Notes: a model not told the origin generated them from the letters alone. Shown: positions 1 to 9,807, counted from the stretch's first letter. The stretch is 64,000 nt of DNA from an uncultured Actinomycetota bacterium (GCA_963770565.1 CAVYQE010000011.1:832001-896000), one strand, 5' to 3'. Program-made: numbers and translations.

Positions 1-27
1 TCACCCGACGGCGACCGACCACGCATC

Positions 28-576
28 GTGCAAATCGCGGAGGTCGAGGAGGCGGCGCGAATCGGTGCCGATGCCGTCGTGCTATTCACCGCGCTAGGCG
101 GCGACACCGAGGACGCGATGCTCACGACACTCGCCGGGGTGGGGCGTGAGTGCGCGACGCTGGGGATTCCGTTCATCGCCGAGGCCGAGTTTCCCACTAC
201 CTACGCGTCAGTCGAGTCGCTCAAGCAGCAGTACGGCTTCGAATACCTGCGCCGCAACGTTCGGCTATGTGGGGAGCTGGGCGCGGACATCGTCAAGACC
301 AACTGGCCCGGCGACGAGGAGTCGTTCGGGCGGCTGATCGAGGCGGCCAACGGCATTCCGGTCGTGCTCGCAGGCGGCTCACGGCTCGAAGACGACGAAC
401 TACTCGAACGCATGCAGATGGCGATGGCAGCCGGCGCCATCGGGTGCAGCGTCGGCCGCAACATCTTCATGCATCGCTCGCCCGAGGCCATCACGCGCGC
501 GCTGTCGCGGGTGATCCGTGAGAGGTGGACGGCGACTAAGGCGCTCGACGCCCTGCGTGACGAGCAAGGCGCCTGA
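28..576 (+). CDS. Class I aldolase, DhnA/LsrF family (probably 5'-truncated by window edge)
   Basis: ELGADIVKT Schiff-base Lys motif, PVVLAGG, GCSVGRNIF. Confidence 0.85.
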   Translation: MQIAEVEEAARIGADAVVLFTALGGDTEDAMLTTLAGVGRECATLGIPFIAEAEFPTTYASVESLKQQYGFEYLRRNVRLCGELGADIVKTNWPGDEESFGRLIEAANGIPVVLAGGSRLEDDELLERMQMAMAAGAIGCSVGRNIFMHRSPEAITRALSRVIRERWTATKALDALRDEQGA

Positions 577-578
577 CG

Positions 579-1634
579 ATGCGCGCCGCCTGGATGACCG
601 CGGTCGACACCATGGAGGTTCGCGACGACACGGCCGACCCTGTCCTTGCGACCGACGGCGCGATAGTGCGGGTCGAGGCGTGCGGGATCTGCGGGACCGA
701 CGCGAGGACCTTCTTCAACGGCGACCCGAAGGCTCCGCCGCCATGGATTCTCGGGCACGAGCCGGTCGGGGTGCTCGAAGAAGTCGGACCCGACGCGCAG
801 CTCCCAGCCGGCGTCAAGCCCGGGGACCGCGTGTTCGTCGGATCGATTCTCACCTGCGGTGAGTGCCGGTGGTGCCTCGACGGCCAGCAGAACCTCTGCG
901 AGCATCACCTGCTCTACGGGTACGACCCGTTCCCGGGCGCGTTCGCCGAGCTCGCCGCCGTACCCGCGATCGCGTTGAAGAACTTGATCCCGCTGCCGGA
1001 GGACCTGCCGTCCGACCTCGCGACAACCGCCGACCCGTTTGCCTGCGCTCTCAACGGCATCGAGGTCCTCGACGTGCGACTCGGCACCACCGTAGTGATC
1101 CTCGGCGCGGGCCCGATCGGCTGCTGGCAGGCGGTGATGGCACGCGACTGCGGCGCGCGCAATATCTGGATGATCGACATTAGCCAGGACCGCCTCGATG
1201 CCGCCAAGGACATCGTCGGGCACGTCATCGACGACGTGTGGGTGGCGGGCGAGGACAACGGGGTCGAGGCAGTGATGCAGCACACCGGCGGTCTCGGCGC
1301 AGACCGGATCAGCGTTGCCGCGCCGTCCAAACAGGCACAGCAGGCCGCCCTTGTGATGGCCGCGAAGCGCGCGCGCGTTGTCTACTTCGCCGGGCTGCCC
1401 AAGCATGACCCATTCAGCACGCTCGACATGAACATGCTGCACTACAAGGAGCTGGCGATCCTCGGTGCATACGGCGCGACGCCGCGCCAATATCGCCTGA
1501 CGATGGACTACCTCGACCGCCGACAGGACGAGCTCGGACGGGTCGTCACGCACCGGTTCCCGCTTGAGCGCATCGCCGAGGCGTTCACCACCATCCGATC
1601 CGGAGCAGGATTGAAGATGGTCATCGAGCCGTGA
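579..1634 (+). CDS. Zn-dependent alcohol/polyol dehydrogenase (MDR family)
   Basis: CGICGTD, GHE, CGECRWC...C structural Zn site, GAGPIG Rossmann motif. Confidence 0.92.
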   Translation: MRAAWMTAVDTMEVRDDTADPVLATDGAIVRVEACGICGTDARTFFNGDPKAPPPWILGHEPVGVLEEVGPDAQLPAGVKPGDRVFVGSILTCGECRWCLDGQQNLCEHHLLYGYDPFPGAFAELAAVPAIALKNLIPLPEDLPSDLATTADPFACALNGIEVLDVRLGTTVVILGAGPIGCWQAVMARDCGARNIWMIDISQDRLDAAKDIVGHVIDDVWVAGEDNGVEAVMQHTGGLGADRISVAAPSKQAQQAALVMAAKRARVVYFAGLPKHDPFSTLDMNMLHYKELAILGAYGATPRQYRLTMDYLDRRQDELGRVVTHRFPLERIAEAFTTIRSGAGLKMVIEP

Positions 1635-3154
1635 CCGTGGCGGCCGAGACCTACGTGATCGGGTGCGATGTCGGCAGTCAAAGCACGGTCGCGGCGCTCT
1701 ATGCGGACGACGGTCGTTGCGTCACCACCGCTCGCCGCAGCTATGAGGTCTCGTTGCCTCACCCCGGTTGGGCGGAGCAGAGTCCAATGACATGGGTTCG
1801 CGCCGTCCATGACGTCGTCCGCCAGGTCGCGGCCGCTGCACCTGCCAGCGCTCAAGCGATCCGCGGAGTGGGGATCGCGGCGCAACTCGATGGGCTCGTC
1901 GTCTGCGGATCCGACCTCACGCCGCTGCGCCCCGCGATCATCTGGATGGACCGGCGGGCCGCACCGCAGGTGGCAGCGCTGCGGGAGTCGATCAGCGAGG
2001 GTGAGTTCTCGGCCGCGGTCGGCGCGAACCTCGACTCCTCGCATGCAATCTTCAAGGCAATGTGGGTACGCGATGAGGAGCCCGCCGTCTACTCCCGCGC
2101 CGAGTGGCTGCTGTCGCCCGGCGTCTTCGTGCTCCACGCGATCAGCGGCGTCCTCGTCAGCGACTACTCCAATGCTTCCTCGTTTGCGGCGTTGGACCCA
2201 CACAGGTTGACGTGGTCGAGTCGCGTTCTCGAGGCAGCCGGGCTCGACCCTCGACTGCTCCCACCGCTTGCACCAGCGACTCAGGCCGCCGGCGTCGTCA
2301 CCGAGTCTTTCGCCGCGTCGACCGGGCTGCCCACTTCCGCGATCGCCGCGGTCGGCTGCGGTGACGAGATGGCAGGGACGCTCGGGGCGGGTGTCGATGG
2401 GGTCGGCGAGGTGTGCGACATCGTCGGGACGGCTGAGCCGGTCTGTACGGTCATCGACGAGCCCCGCATCGACGCCATGCTCCGCCTGGAGTGCCACCCG
2501 CACGCCGTGCCAGGGCGCTGGCTGCTCGAGAACCCGGGGTTCGTGTCCGGCGGCAACCTGCGCTGGTGGCAGGACGAGTTCCGCGGTAGCGGCGCCGGCA
2601 CCGCCGTCGGCTACAGCGACGCACTTCACGAGGCGGAGACCATCCCTGCGGGCGCGGCAGGCGTGACGTTCCTGCCCTGCATGCAAGGCGCGACGACGCC
2701 TCGCTGGAACGCCGATGCGCGCGGTGTCCTGTTCGGCCTGACCCTCGCGCACACGCGCGCGCACATCACACGGGCCATCCTCGAGAGCAGCGCGTTCGCC
2801 TTACGCGACGTGCTCGGCGCCATGGCCAACCTCGGCGTCAGCCCGCGTCGACTCACGGTGGTCGGCGGCGGCGGTCAGGCCGACCTGTGGTCGCAGATCA
2901 GAGCTGACGTCACCGGCCTGCCAGTGCGAGTCCCGACCACGGTCGAAACCACTGCGCTCGGAGCCGCGGTGCTCGCCGCGGTCGCCTCGGGGACGTGGCC
3001 GACCGCACGCGAGGCGGTCGACGCGATGGTGCGGTACCGGCCGGACGAGATCTCACCCGACGAGGCGACCCGCGCCACCTACGACGACGCCTACGCCCGC
3101 TACCGCAACGTCTACTTCGCGGTCGAACCACTGTTCGGCTCACCGAGTGGTTGA
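1631..3154 (+). CDS. FGGY-family carbohydrate kinase (xylulokinase-like)
   Basis: IGCDVGSQS, PGWAEQ, PAIIWMDRR, GCGD, VVGGG, TALGAA; GTGA overlap with upstream gene. Confidence 0.92.
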   Translation: MTVAAETYVIGCDVGSQSTVAALYADDGRCVTTARRSYEVSLPHPGWAEQSPMTWVRAVHDVVRQVAAAAPASAQAIRGVGIAAQLDGLVVCGSDLTPLRPAIIWMDRRAAPQVAALRESISEGEFSAAVGANLDSSHAIFKAMWVRDEEPAVYSRAEWLLSPGVFVLHAISGVLVSDYSNASSFAALDPHRLTWSSRVLEAAGLDPRLLPPLAPATQAAGVVTESFAASTGLPTSAIAAVGCGDEMAGTLGAGVDGVGEVCDIVGTAEPVCTVIDEPRIDAMLRLECHPHAVPGRWLLENPGFVSGGNLRWWQDEFRGSGAGTAVGYSDALHEAETIPAGAAGVTFLPCMQGATTPRWNADARGVLFGLTLAHTRAHITRAILESSAFALRDVLGAMANLGVSPRRLTVVGGGGQADLWSQIRADVTGLPVRVPTTVETTALGAAVLAAVASGTWPTAREAVDAMVRYRPDEISPDEATRATYDDAYARYRNVYFAVEPLFGSPSG

Positions 3155-3289
3155 CGAGGAAAGTCCGGTTGCGTCGGCCACTCTTGGGGGGGCGAAGGCG
3201 CGTAGTGCGGGGTCGACTCAGCCGACAGTTCAGGCGCCGTTGCGCGATAGGACAGGCTGGTGGCCGCGGCCGCGAACGTGCCCCGACCG

Positions 3290-3521
3290 GCTGCAGCACG
3301 CTGGTCTGGTGTCCACGGCCGCTGACCCGACGGCACCTACAACGTTCGCCCCGAGCGACGTGTGCCCGAGCGAGACGCTGACGCTCAGCGGTGGGATCTG
3401 GTGGACGCCGGGTGGCCTCGAGCCCGGCTGGTACGACGGTGACTTCAACGCGACGCAGATTGTCAATGGCGGAGCCCCCGTGCCGAACGAGCCGAACGAC
3501 GAGGCATGTCAGCTCCATTGA
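3290..3521 (+). pseudogene. Probable fragment of an extracellular protein
   Basis: Coding-like 3' part of ORF 3147-3521 (PSDVCPSETLTLSGGIWW...EACQLH) without a convincing start. Confidence 0.25.
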
Positions 3522-4030
3522 CCGACAGGCCTGACTCAGGCTGGTTCTTCGGACCAGGCCTTGGATCGATCAGAGCGGTCCCAGTCCCGGGAACTACGCC
3601 GATCGAGTTGCCTTGAATGATGTTGCCGCCACTCTCATTACGAAACGCCGCCGCGGGGCGTGCCACGGCCGGCGCCCAGTGAGTCACGAACACGTTTCGC
3701 TGTCCCGGGGCGGGACCACCGATCTGGTCACCTCCACCTACCAGATCCACGCCGATCTGACCGGAGAGTTGGAGGGAGGAGGTGTTCGTTCCGAGCGGAT
3801 CCGGTTCGGCTGCCGAGCCGGAGGCATCCGTACCGAACCAGTCGCCCTGGATTGTGGCGCCTCCTTGTTGAACATCGATACCGTCGGAGTACCCGTTGAT
3901 CACCATCCCCTCGACCGTGCTGCCGGGATTGTTGAGAACGAAGGCAGCCGTGAACGGTCCTCCGTTCAGGCCGTTATCCGCAGACCGGCCGCTCAGTTCG
4001 ACTCTCCCGGCACCGGGTTGGGAACCGCCG
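3520..4030 (-). pseudogene. Remnant of a parallel beta-helix surface protein
   Basis: Frame reads QPGAGRVELSG...STVEGMVINGYSDGI...IQGDWFGTDASG...IGGPAPGQRNVF...NIIQGNSIGV, typical beta-helix repeats; both ends lost. Confidence 0.55.
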
Positions 4031-4205
4031 CCAGTCGCAGTCGGCGTGGCCCGAACGGGCAGGTAGCGGACGTTGCCGGAACCATCGCCTCCTTCACACG
4101 GCTAGTACGTCGTGATATCAAGTATCACCGTCGGTCTCAACGCGAGCGTTTGCCACTGTCATAGTGCTCTTCGGGGAGACGGCTACGCGAGAGGCGATGG
4201 CATAA

Positions 4206-4715
4206 GTGGTGATGACTGAGGCACGGGATGACGCAGCCGCGACGACCCTAAAGGCCCGGGCCGGAGAGCCACCGATCAACGTTCGGCGAACGGCCAGCTG
4301 GCTCTTGGCGGGCCTCTTGGTGCTCAGCTCGGCTTTGCTCGCCAGCAGCACGAGCGCTGCAGCGACCACACAGGCCACCACACCCGCGGCGTCGCTCACA
4401 ACCAGCGTTCCCCGTTCGGTAGCCAGCGGGGCAAAGTTCCACGTCAAGGCACATGGCTTCTCTGGCTCGTTCAACAGGGTCGGCCTCTACGCGTACCACG
4501 GGACCTACCTCAAGTGCGCGCGTTTCGTCGGCGGAGCGATGACCAACCATCACGTGTACAGGATTACCGTTACGAAGCATGCGAAGTTCAGCCTGTCGTG
4601 GGCGTTCCTCGCAGCGAATCCAGGTACGCACCACGCGTGTGCGTACCTGTACCACGCGTCGAAGCCCTACGGAACCACCCAGATCCGGAAGAGCAAGACC
4701 TATACGGTCACCTGA
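4206..4715 (+). CDS. Secreted hypothetical protein (beta-rich, two Cys); start uncertain
   Basis: Signal-peptide-like RRTASWLLAGLLVLSSALLA followed by a beta-strand-rich domain. Confidence 0.6.
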   Translation: MVMTEARDDAAATTLKARAGEPPINVRRTASWLLAGLLVLSSALLASSTSAAATTQATTPAASLTTSVPRSVASGAKFHVKAHGFSGSFNRVGLYAYHGTYLKCARFVGGAMTNHHVYRITVTKHAKFSLSWAFLAANPGTHHACAYLYHASKPYGTTQIRKSKTYTVT

Positions 4716-4946
4716 CAGTCGACCCTCCTGTCTCGGGTCCGGCAGCGAAACCGCCCGCCCTTCGAACTGCAGATCTGTCGCAATCCTCGGTGGAAACCGC
4801 TGTTTTCTTGTACGGAAGCGGCGCGGTCTGAGAGGGTCGGAGTCCTCCGCAGGGAGGGCTGCTCGGCCTTCCGCGAGGCGGTCGCTCACACATCGTCGGG
4901 TGAGACCGGCTCTGACGGGCACGCGCATCCTTCGTCGAGCGAAGGA

Positions 4947-4970
4947 ACCCCGGGAGGACGACCTCCCGGG
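4947..4970. terminator. GC-rich hairpin downstream of ssb
   Basis: CCCCGGGAGG-ACGA-CCTCCCGGGG perfect 10-bp stem. Confidence 0.6.
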
Positions 4971-4981
4971 GCTGCCGATCG

Positions 4982-5380
4982 CTAGGCCGCCGTCTCGGCT
5001 TCTCGCTTCGTCGACAGTGCCTTGAAGGTATCGGCGACGACCTCGACCGTCCGGCGCTTGGTGCCGTCGGCGGCTTCCCAGGTGCGGCTCTGCTGCCGAC
5101 CCTCGATGTAGGCGAGGCGCCCCTTCGTCATGTATTTCGTGGCGAAGTCAGCGTGCTGCCTCCAGAGGACCACGTCGTGGAACTCGGGCTGCTCCTGATC
5201 GTTGGTTGCGATCCGGACCATCGTGACGTGGATCCCGGATGCGGTGGTGCGCAGCTCGGGCGTTGCAACGAGTCTGCCGACGAGGATCACTCGGTTGACG
5301 GATGTTCCCTTCGAGGAGCGCTTGGTCTCCGGGGTCTCGGTCGTGGTCTTGGTGCTGCGGGTGTTGGGCTTGCTGGCCAT
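4982..5380 (-). CDS. ssb: Single-stranded DNA-binding protein, short mobile-element type
   Basis: VNRVILVGRL..PELRTT, EFHDVVLW, KGRLAYIEGR..SRTW; 132 aa from ATG 5380; no acidic DDIPF tail. Confidence 0.9.
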   Translation of the reverse strand: MASKPNTRSTKTTTETPETKRSSKGTSVNRVILVGRLVATPELRTTASGIHVTMVRIATNDQEQPEFHDVVLWRQHADFATKYMTKGRLAYIEGRQQSRTWEAADGTKRRTVEVVADTFKALSTKREAETAA

Positions 5381-5508
5381 GTGATCGATGTCAGCGGCGG
5401 CGGGCGACAGGCGGAGATCCTGGGTTGCACCCGATGCACGGTGCTCCATGTTCACCGCGTCTCGTTCCGCACCGTTAGCCTCCCGATAGGTCCTACTGGG
5501 AGGTATGA

Positions 5509-6561
5509 GTGAGTCGAGCATGGCTAGTGCGAGCGGGTCGGCACGGCGAACGCGAAGAGCTGGCCGTCGATCAGGGCGTCGCCGTCGTCGGATGGGATGC
5601 GATGCCGGACATGACGCCAGCGACAACCCGCGAGGGTCTCGCAGCAATGCTCGAGATCGCTTACCCGGAGGACGGGGAGAAACGCCGGCGGAATCACCTC
5701 GCGCAGCTTTGGATGTTCCGCGACACGATGTCCGTTGGGGACCTGGTCGTCCTGCCCCTTAAGAACACGCCGACCGTGGCCATCGGGCGGGTCACCGGCC
5801 CATACGCCTACCGATCGAACCTGCCGGATTCCGCCCGCCACACGAGGCCGGTCGAGTGGCTGCGTACCGACATCCCGCGCACGGCGATCGGACAGGACCT
5901 GCTGCACACCCTTGGCGCTTTCTTAACTGTCTGCGAGATCAAGCGCAACGACGGCGCACAACGAATTTCGGTGCTTGCAGCAACGGGTCAGGACCCCGGC
6001 TGGGTCCCGCGGGAGCCTGGTGGCGTTGGACCTGTCTTCACGCCTGGGGAGGGTTCAGACGAGCCTGAGGCCGGCAACTTCGATGTCGCCCGCTACGCCG
6101 CGGACGAGATCAACGCTTGGATCACAATGCGCTTCGCGGGCCACGGACTGGCCAGACTGGTTGAGGCGGTATTCATTGGCCGAGGACTGGTGACATCGCG
6201 AGCCCCCGAAGGCCCGGATGGTGGCATCGACGTGCTCGTCGGTTCCGGCCCGCTCGGCATGGACCGGCCCCGGGTCTGTGTGCAGGTGAAGTCATCACAG
6301 AACCCGGTCGACGTGGGAGTGATCCGCGAGTTGCAGGGCGTCCTCGGGCGGATCGGTGCCGATCAGGCACTGCTCGTAGCTTGGGGCGGACTGACAAAGG
6401 CTGCCGAACGCGAGGTGCGTCAACAGTTCTTTCAGGTCCGAGTGTGGACCTCGGACGACTTCGTTCGAGAACTCACCGCGGTATACGAACGGATCCCCGA
6501 CGACATCCAGGCCGAGCTCCCACTCAAGCGCGTGTGGGCTTTGGCCGGCGAGGATGACTAG
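5509..6561 (+). CDS. Mrr-family (type IV-like) restriction endonuclease
   Basis: N-terminal WLVRAG...VGW domain; C-terminal GPDGGIDV...VQVKS (D...QxK) Mrr catalytic motif. Confidence 0.85.
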   Translation: MSRAWLVRAGRHGEREELAVDQGVAVVGWDAMPDMTPATTREGLAAMLEIAYPEDGEKRRRNHLAQLWMFRDTMSVGDLVVLPLKNTPTVAIGRVTGPYAYRSNLPDSARHTRPVEWLRTDIPRTAIGQDLLHTLGAFLTVCEIKRNDGAQRISVLAATGQDPGWVPREPGGVGPVFTPGEGSDEPEAGNFDVARYAADEINAWITMRFAGHGLARLVEAVFIGRGLVTSRAPEGPDGGIDVLVGSGPLGMDRPRVCVQVKSSQNPVDVGVIRELQGVLGRIGADQALLVAWGGLTKAAEREVRQQFFQVRVWTSDDFVRELTAVYERIPDDIQAELPLKRVWALAGEDD

Positions 6562-6813
6562 CATCCGCCACTAAGAGACAGGCCGCTCACTCGGCCACGG
6601 TGAAGACAACCTCATGGGGGTGACGGTGCCATCGCGGTGGCCAATGACCCCTATCCGCCGTCGTTCGTCGTTGCTCGAACCCAACCTCCTGCGCTGAATC
6701 GCCCGTTGACGAACGAACCCGTACATTGGGCCGAGGCTCTCTTAATCCGCGGGCGTCAGCCGGCGCGGAGCCTCCGGCAGCGAATCGTCGGTAGCCCCTG
6801 CCATTGTGTACCG

Positions 6814-7271
6814 ATGGCACAAGTCACGCTCGACCTCGGAACTGCAGCCGCCCCTGTCAACGCCGGTTGAAAATTGACCCCCTAGCGCCGCTTGGGCGAC
6901 ACGGGGTCAGTTTTCACGCGACGGCGACAGCCCCAGACCTGGTCGTGGACGTGCTGACCTTCGACGGCCCGCACGTGGTGCTGTGGTCCCAGGGCACGGA
7001 GGTAGGCTGCTTCGCCATGTCTGCAATTTCGGCAATCCAACTGGACTACCAGCACCCTGACTCCCACACCGCGCCGTCATATTCGATTGCCTCGATCCGA
7101 GCGGAGCATCCGGCTGCATACGAGAGGTGGAGCGAAGACGAGGAGGATCTGCTTCGAGGACGCACAAGTGAGGGAGCAAGTGTCCCCACGCTCTGTGCGG
7201 AACTCGGTCGGCAGCCAGGAGGTGTTAAGTCTCGGCTGTTGAAGCTTGGACTTAAAGCACCCAGCGAATAG
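6814..7271 (+). pseudogene. Small protein with C-terminal Myb/GcrA-like helix-turn-helix, interrupted by a mini-IS
   Basis: Removing 6855-6934 restores MAQVTLDLGTAAAP-DLVVDVLTFDG...AYERWSEDEEDLL...ELGRQPGGVKSRLLKLGL in one frame. Confidence 0.7.
6855..6929. mobile_element. 75-bp IS21-family-like miniature element (ends only)
   Basis: TG...CA ends; IRs TGTCAACGCCGGTTGAAAATTGACCCC vs TGTCGCCGTCGCGTGAAAACTGACCCC (21/27); GCCCC duplicated at 6850-6854 and 6930-6934. Confidence 0.85.
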
Positions 7272-7447
7272 TCAAGGCCGCACACCTGACCACGAGCGTC
7301 AGTGTCGCCGACGACGCTCCGAACGATCCGTCACTTATCGCGCCGCCCAGTCCGTGAGTTTTTCGACATCGGCGGGGATGAGGTTGTGTACCGCTAATCC
7401 GCTGCGCGCCTACTGATCTGCGCAGCAGGACCTCGCATTGCCACTGG

Positions 7448-7491
7448 TCGGGGGCACATCGGGGGCACATCGGGGGCACATCGGGGGCACA
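7448..7491. repeat. 4 perfect tandem copies of TCGGGGGCACA (possible integrase arm-type sites)
   Basis: 11-bp period seen directly, ~100 bp beyond the glnA stop. Confidence 0.8.
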
Positions 7492-7594
7492 AAGGCACGA
7501 GAAACGGCCGCCGACGTTGAGTAGCGCCGAGAAGCGTTCTCCCAGGTCAGCGGCCGTTTTCGAGCCAAAATAGCAGGTCAGAAACCTGTCGCGA

Positions 7595-9025
7595 CTATAT
7601 GTCGTAATAGAGGGCGAACTCGTACGGGTGCGGTCGCAACCTAATCGCGTCGACTTCGTGCTCTCGTTTGTAGTCGATCCAGGTGTCGATCACGTCGGGG
7701 GTGAAGACGCCACCCTCGAGCAGGTAGTCGTGGTCACCTTCGAGGATGTCCAGCACCGCCTCGAGCTGACCCCGGCACCTGGGCAACCGCAGACAGCTCG
7801 TCCGGCGGCAGCTCGTAGAGGTCCTTGTCGACCGGCTCCGGCGGCTCGATCTTGTTCCGTACGCCGTCGAGCCCGGCCATCAGCATCGCTGAGAACGCCA
7901 GATACGGGTTGCACGACGGGTCCGGCACGCGGAACTCCAGCCGCTTCGCCTTCGGGTTCGACCCGGTGATTGGGATTCGGCAGCAGGCCGAGCGGTTCCG
8001 CTGCCGAGTAGACCAGGTTGACCGGCGCCTCGTAGCCGGGCACCAGTCGGCGGTAGGAGTTCGTGGTCGGGTTGGTGAACGCCAGCAGCGACGGCGCGTG
8101 CTTGAGCAGCCCGCCGATGTAGTGCCGCGCCATGTCCGAGAGCCCGGCGTAGCCGATCTCGTCGTAGAACAGCGGCTCGCCGTCCTTCCACAGCGTCTGG
8201 TGGCAGTGCATGCCCGAGCCGTTGTCCATGAAGATCGGCTTCGGCATGAAGGTGACGGTCCGGCCGTGCTGGCGTACGCGACGTTCTTCACGACGTACTT
8301 GAAGTTCATCAGGTTGTCGGCGGTCTTGAGCAGCGTGCCGAACCGGAAGTCGATCTCGGCCTGCCCGGCCGTGCCGACCTCGTGGTGCTGCATCTCGACG
8401 TCGATGCCGATCTCCAGCAGCACCCGGACCATCTCCGACCGCAGGTCGGTGAAGTGGTCGGTCGGCGGCACCGGGAAGTAGCCGCCCTTGTAGCGCGGCT
8501 TGTAGCCCTGGTTGCCGCCCGGCTCCTCACGCCCGGAGTTCCACGCACCCTCGACCGAGTCGATGTAGTGGTAGGACGCAGTGCGGCGTCTGGTCGTAGC
8601 GGACGTCGTCGAAGATGTAGAACTCCGCCTCCGGCCCGAAGTACGACGTGTCCGCGATCCCGGAGCCGGCGCAGGTAGTCCTCGGCCTTCTTCGCGATGT
8701 TGCGCGGGTCGCGGCTGTAGGCCTCGCCGGTCAGCGGGTCGTGGATGAAGAAGTTCATGATCAGCGTCGGGTGCTGGCGGAACGGGTCCATGTACGCCGT
8801 ACTCGGGTCCGGCAGCAGCAGCATGTCCGACTCGTGGATCTGCTGGAAGCCGCGGATCGACGACCCGTCGAACATCAGCCCGTCGGAGAACACGCTCTCG
8901 CCGAAGTTCGACGCCGGGAACGTGAAGTGCTGCATGATCCCCGGCAGGTCGCAGAACCGTACGTCGACGAACTGCACCTCATTCTTGTTGATGTAGCCGA
9001 GAACCTCGTCGGAGCTTTCGAACAT
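7595..9025 (-). CDS. glnA: Glutamine synthetase type I (five apparent frameshifts, probably sequence errors)
   Basis: [71 protein letters not shown] across frames; removing 6 extra bases gives 474 aa. Confidence 0.92.
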
Positions 9026-9136
9026 CGCGGTCTGCCGCCTCCTCGGGCGCTCGTGGCGCCTGCTGCTGTAGTGGCCGGGCCGGCGAAGCGGCCCGTCGCG
9101 GGCAACCTATCCGGCCCGGTGACCCGGACTCCCGCC

Positions 9137-9190
9137 ACGGTAGGCATTCGCGGTTGACCGGCGGTTACCCGCGTGTTTCGCCGGTGTTAC
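9137..9190 (-). promoter_or_regulatory. GlnR box and -10 element of glnA
   Basis: Minus strand GTAAC-n6-GAAAC-n6-GTAAC-n6-TCAAC (9190-9153) matches the GlnR a/b-site consensus; TACCGT at 9142-9137. Confidence 0.85.
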
Positions 9191-9223
9191 GTGGCCCGCG
9201 AGTCGCGGGCTAGCGTGTGCGCC

Positions 9224-9619
9224 ATGCCCGCCCCGGCCAGCCCGCCCGCGTCGCGCCGCGGCAGCGTGGCCAGCTTCGGATCGCGCGTGCTGGCGTTCGT
9301 CATCGACGGCGTCCTGGCCGACCTGGTCGCGATCGCCGCGCTGGGCGGCTTCCACACCGGCGGCGCGCAGACCCTCCTGTCCTACCTTGCGTTTCTGCTG
9401 ATCGAGCTGGGGTTCGTGACCGTCGCCGGCCAGACGCCCGGGATGCGGGTCGCCGCCATCGCGGTCCTGCGGGCCGACCGCAAGGGCCGGCCGGCGTTCA
9501 AGTGGGTGCTGCTACGTACGGCTCTGCTGGCCACCGTCGTACCGGCGCTGTTCAACGACTCGTCCGGCCGCGCCATGCACGACCGCGCCGCCGGCACCGT
9601 GATGGTCTACACCCGCTGA
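9224..9619 (+). CDS. RDD family membrane protein
   Basis: ASFGSRVLAFVID, GQTPGMR, RAMHDRAAGT; divergent from glnA as usual. Confidence 0.9.
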   Translation: MPAPASPPASRRGSVASFGSRVLAFVIDGVLADLVAIAALGGFHTGGAQTLLSYLAFLLIELGFVTVAGQTPGMRVAAIAVLRADRKGRPAFKWVLLRTALLATVVPALFNDSSGRAMHDRAAGTVMVYTR

Positions 9620-9643
9620 CCGCCGCCCCGCACTCAGTCCTTC

Positions 9644-9746
9644 TCTCCCGTTGCAGCACACAACGATCGCCAATTGGGGCGGCAAATGGGACGTCGGTTG
9701 GCGTGCCGGGCGCGGAGCGGGAGCGTTGTGTGCTGAAGCGGGGAGA
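9644..9746. repeat. REP/MITE-like family A, copy 1
   Basis: Terminal IR CCCGTTGCAGCACACAACG ... CGTTGTGTGCTGAAGCGGG between convergent genes. Confidence 0.75.
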
Positions 9747-9807
9747 CCCCGGGTACGACGGGTCGCGGCGGTGGCTGCGGATGCTGCGGCGGTGTGGGAG
9801 CGCCGGG

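Larger units (their letters stand above)
1..7669. mobile_element. Right-hand part of a putative integrative element / genomic island attached at the glnA 3' end (left boundary not visible)
   Basis: Accessory cargo (short SSB, Mrr-like nuclease, IS21-like remnant, gene fragments); more A/T-ending codons than the backbone; 4x11-bp repeats beside the glnA stop; atypical codons in the last 25 codons of glnA. No integrase in the window. Confidence 0.55.

Noticed and set aside
4716-4945. Possible ncRNA or oriT between the secreted protein gene and ssb
   Set aside because: Only short imperfect stems and no recognisable family motif.
7595-9025. glnA as a pseudogene or programmed-frameshift gene (shifts near 8669, 8580, 8272, 8004, 7766)
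   Set aside because: All shifts are explained by 6 extra bases whose removal gives a normal 474-aa protein with intact motifs and GlnR box. There are no slippery sites. This most likely reflects consensus error; raw reads would settle it.
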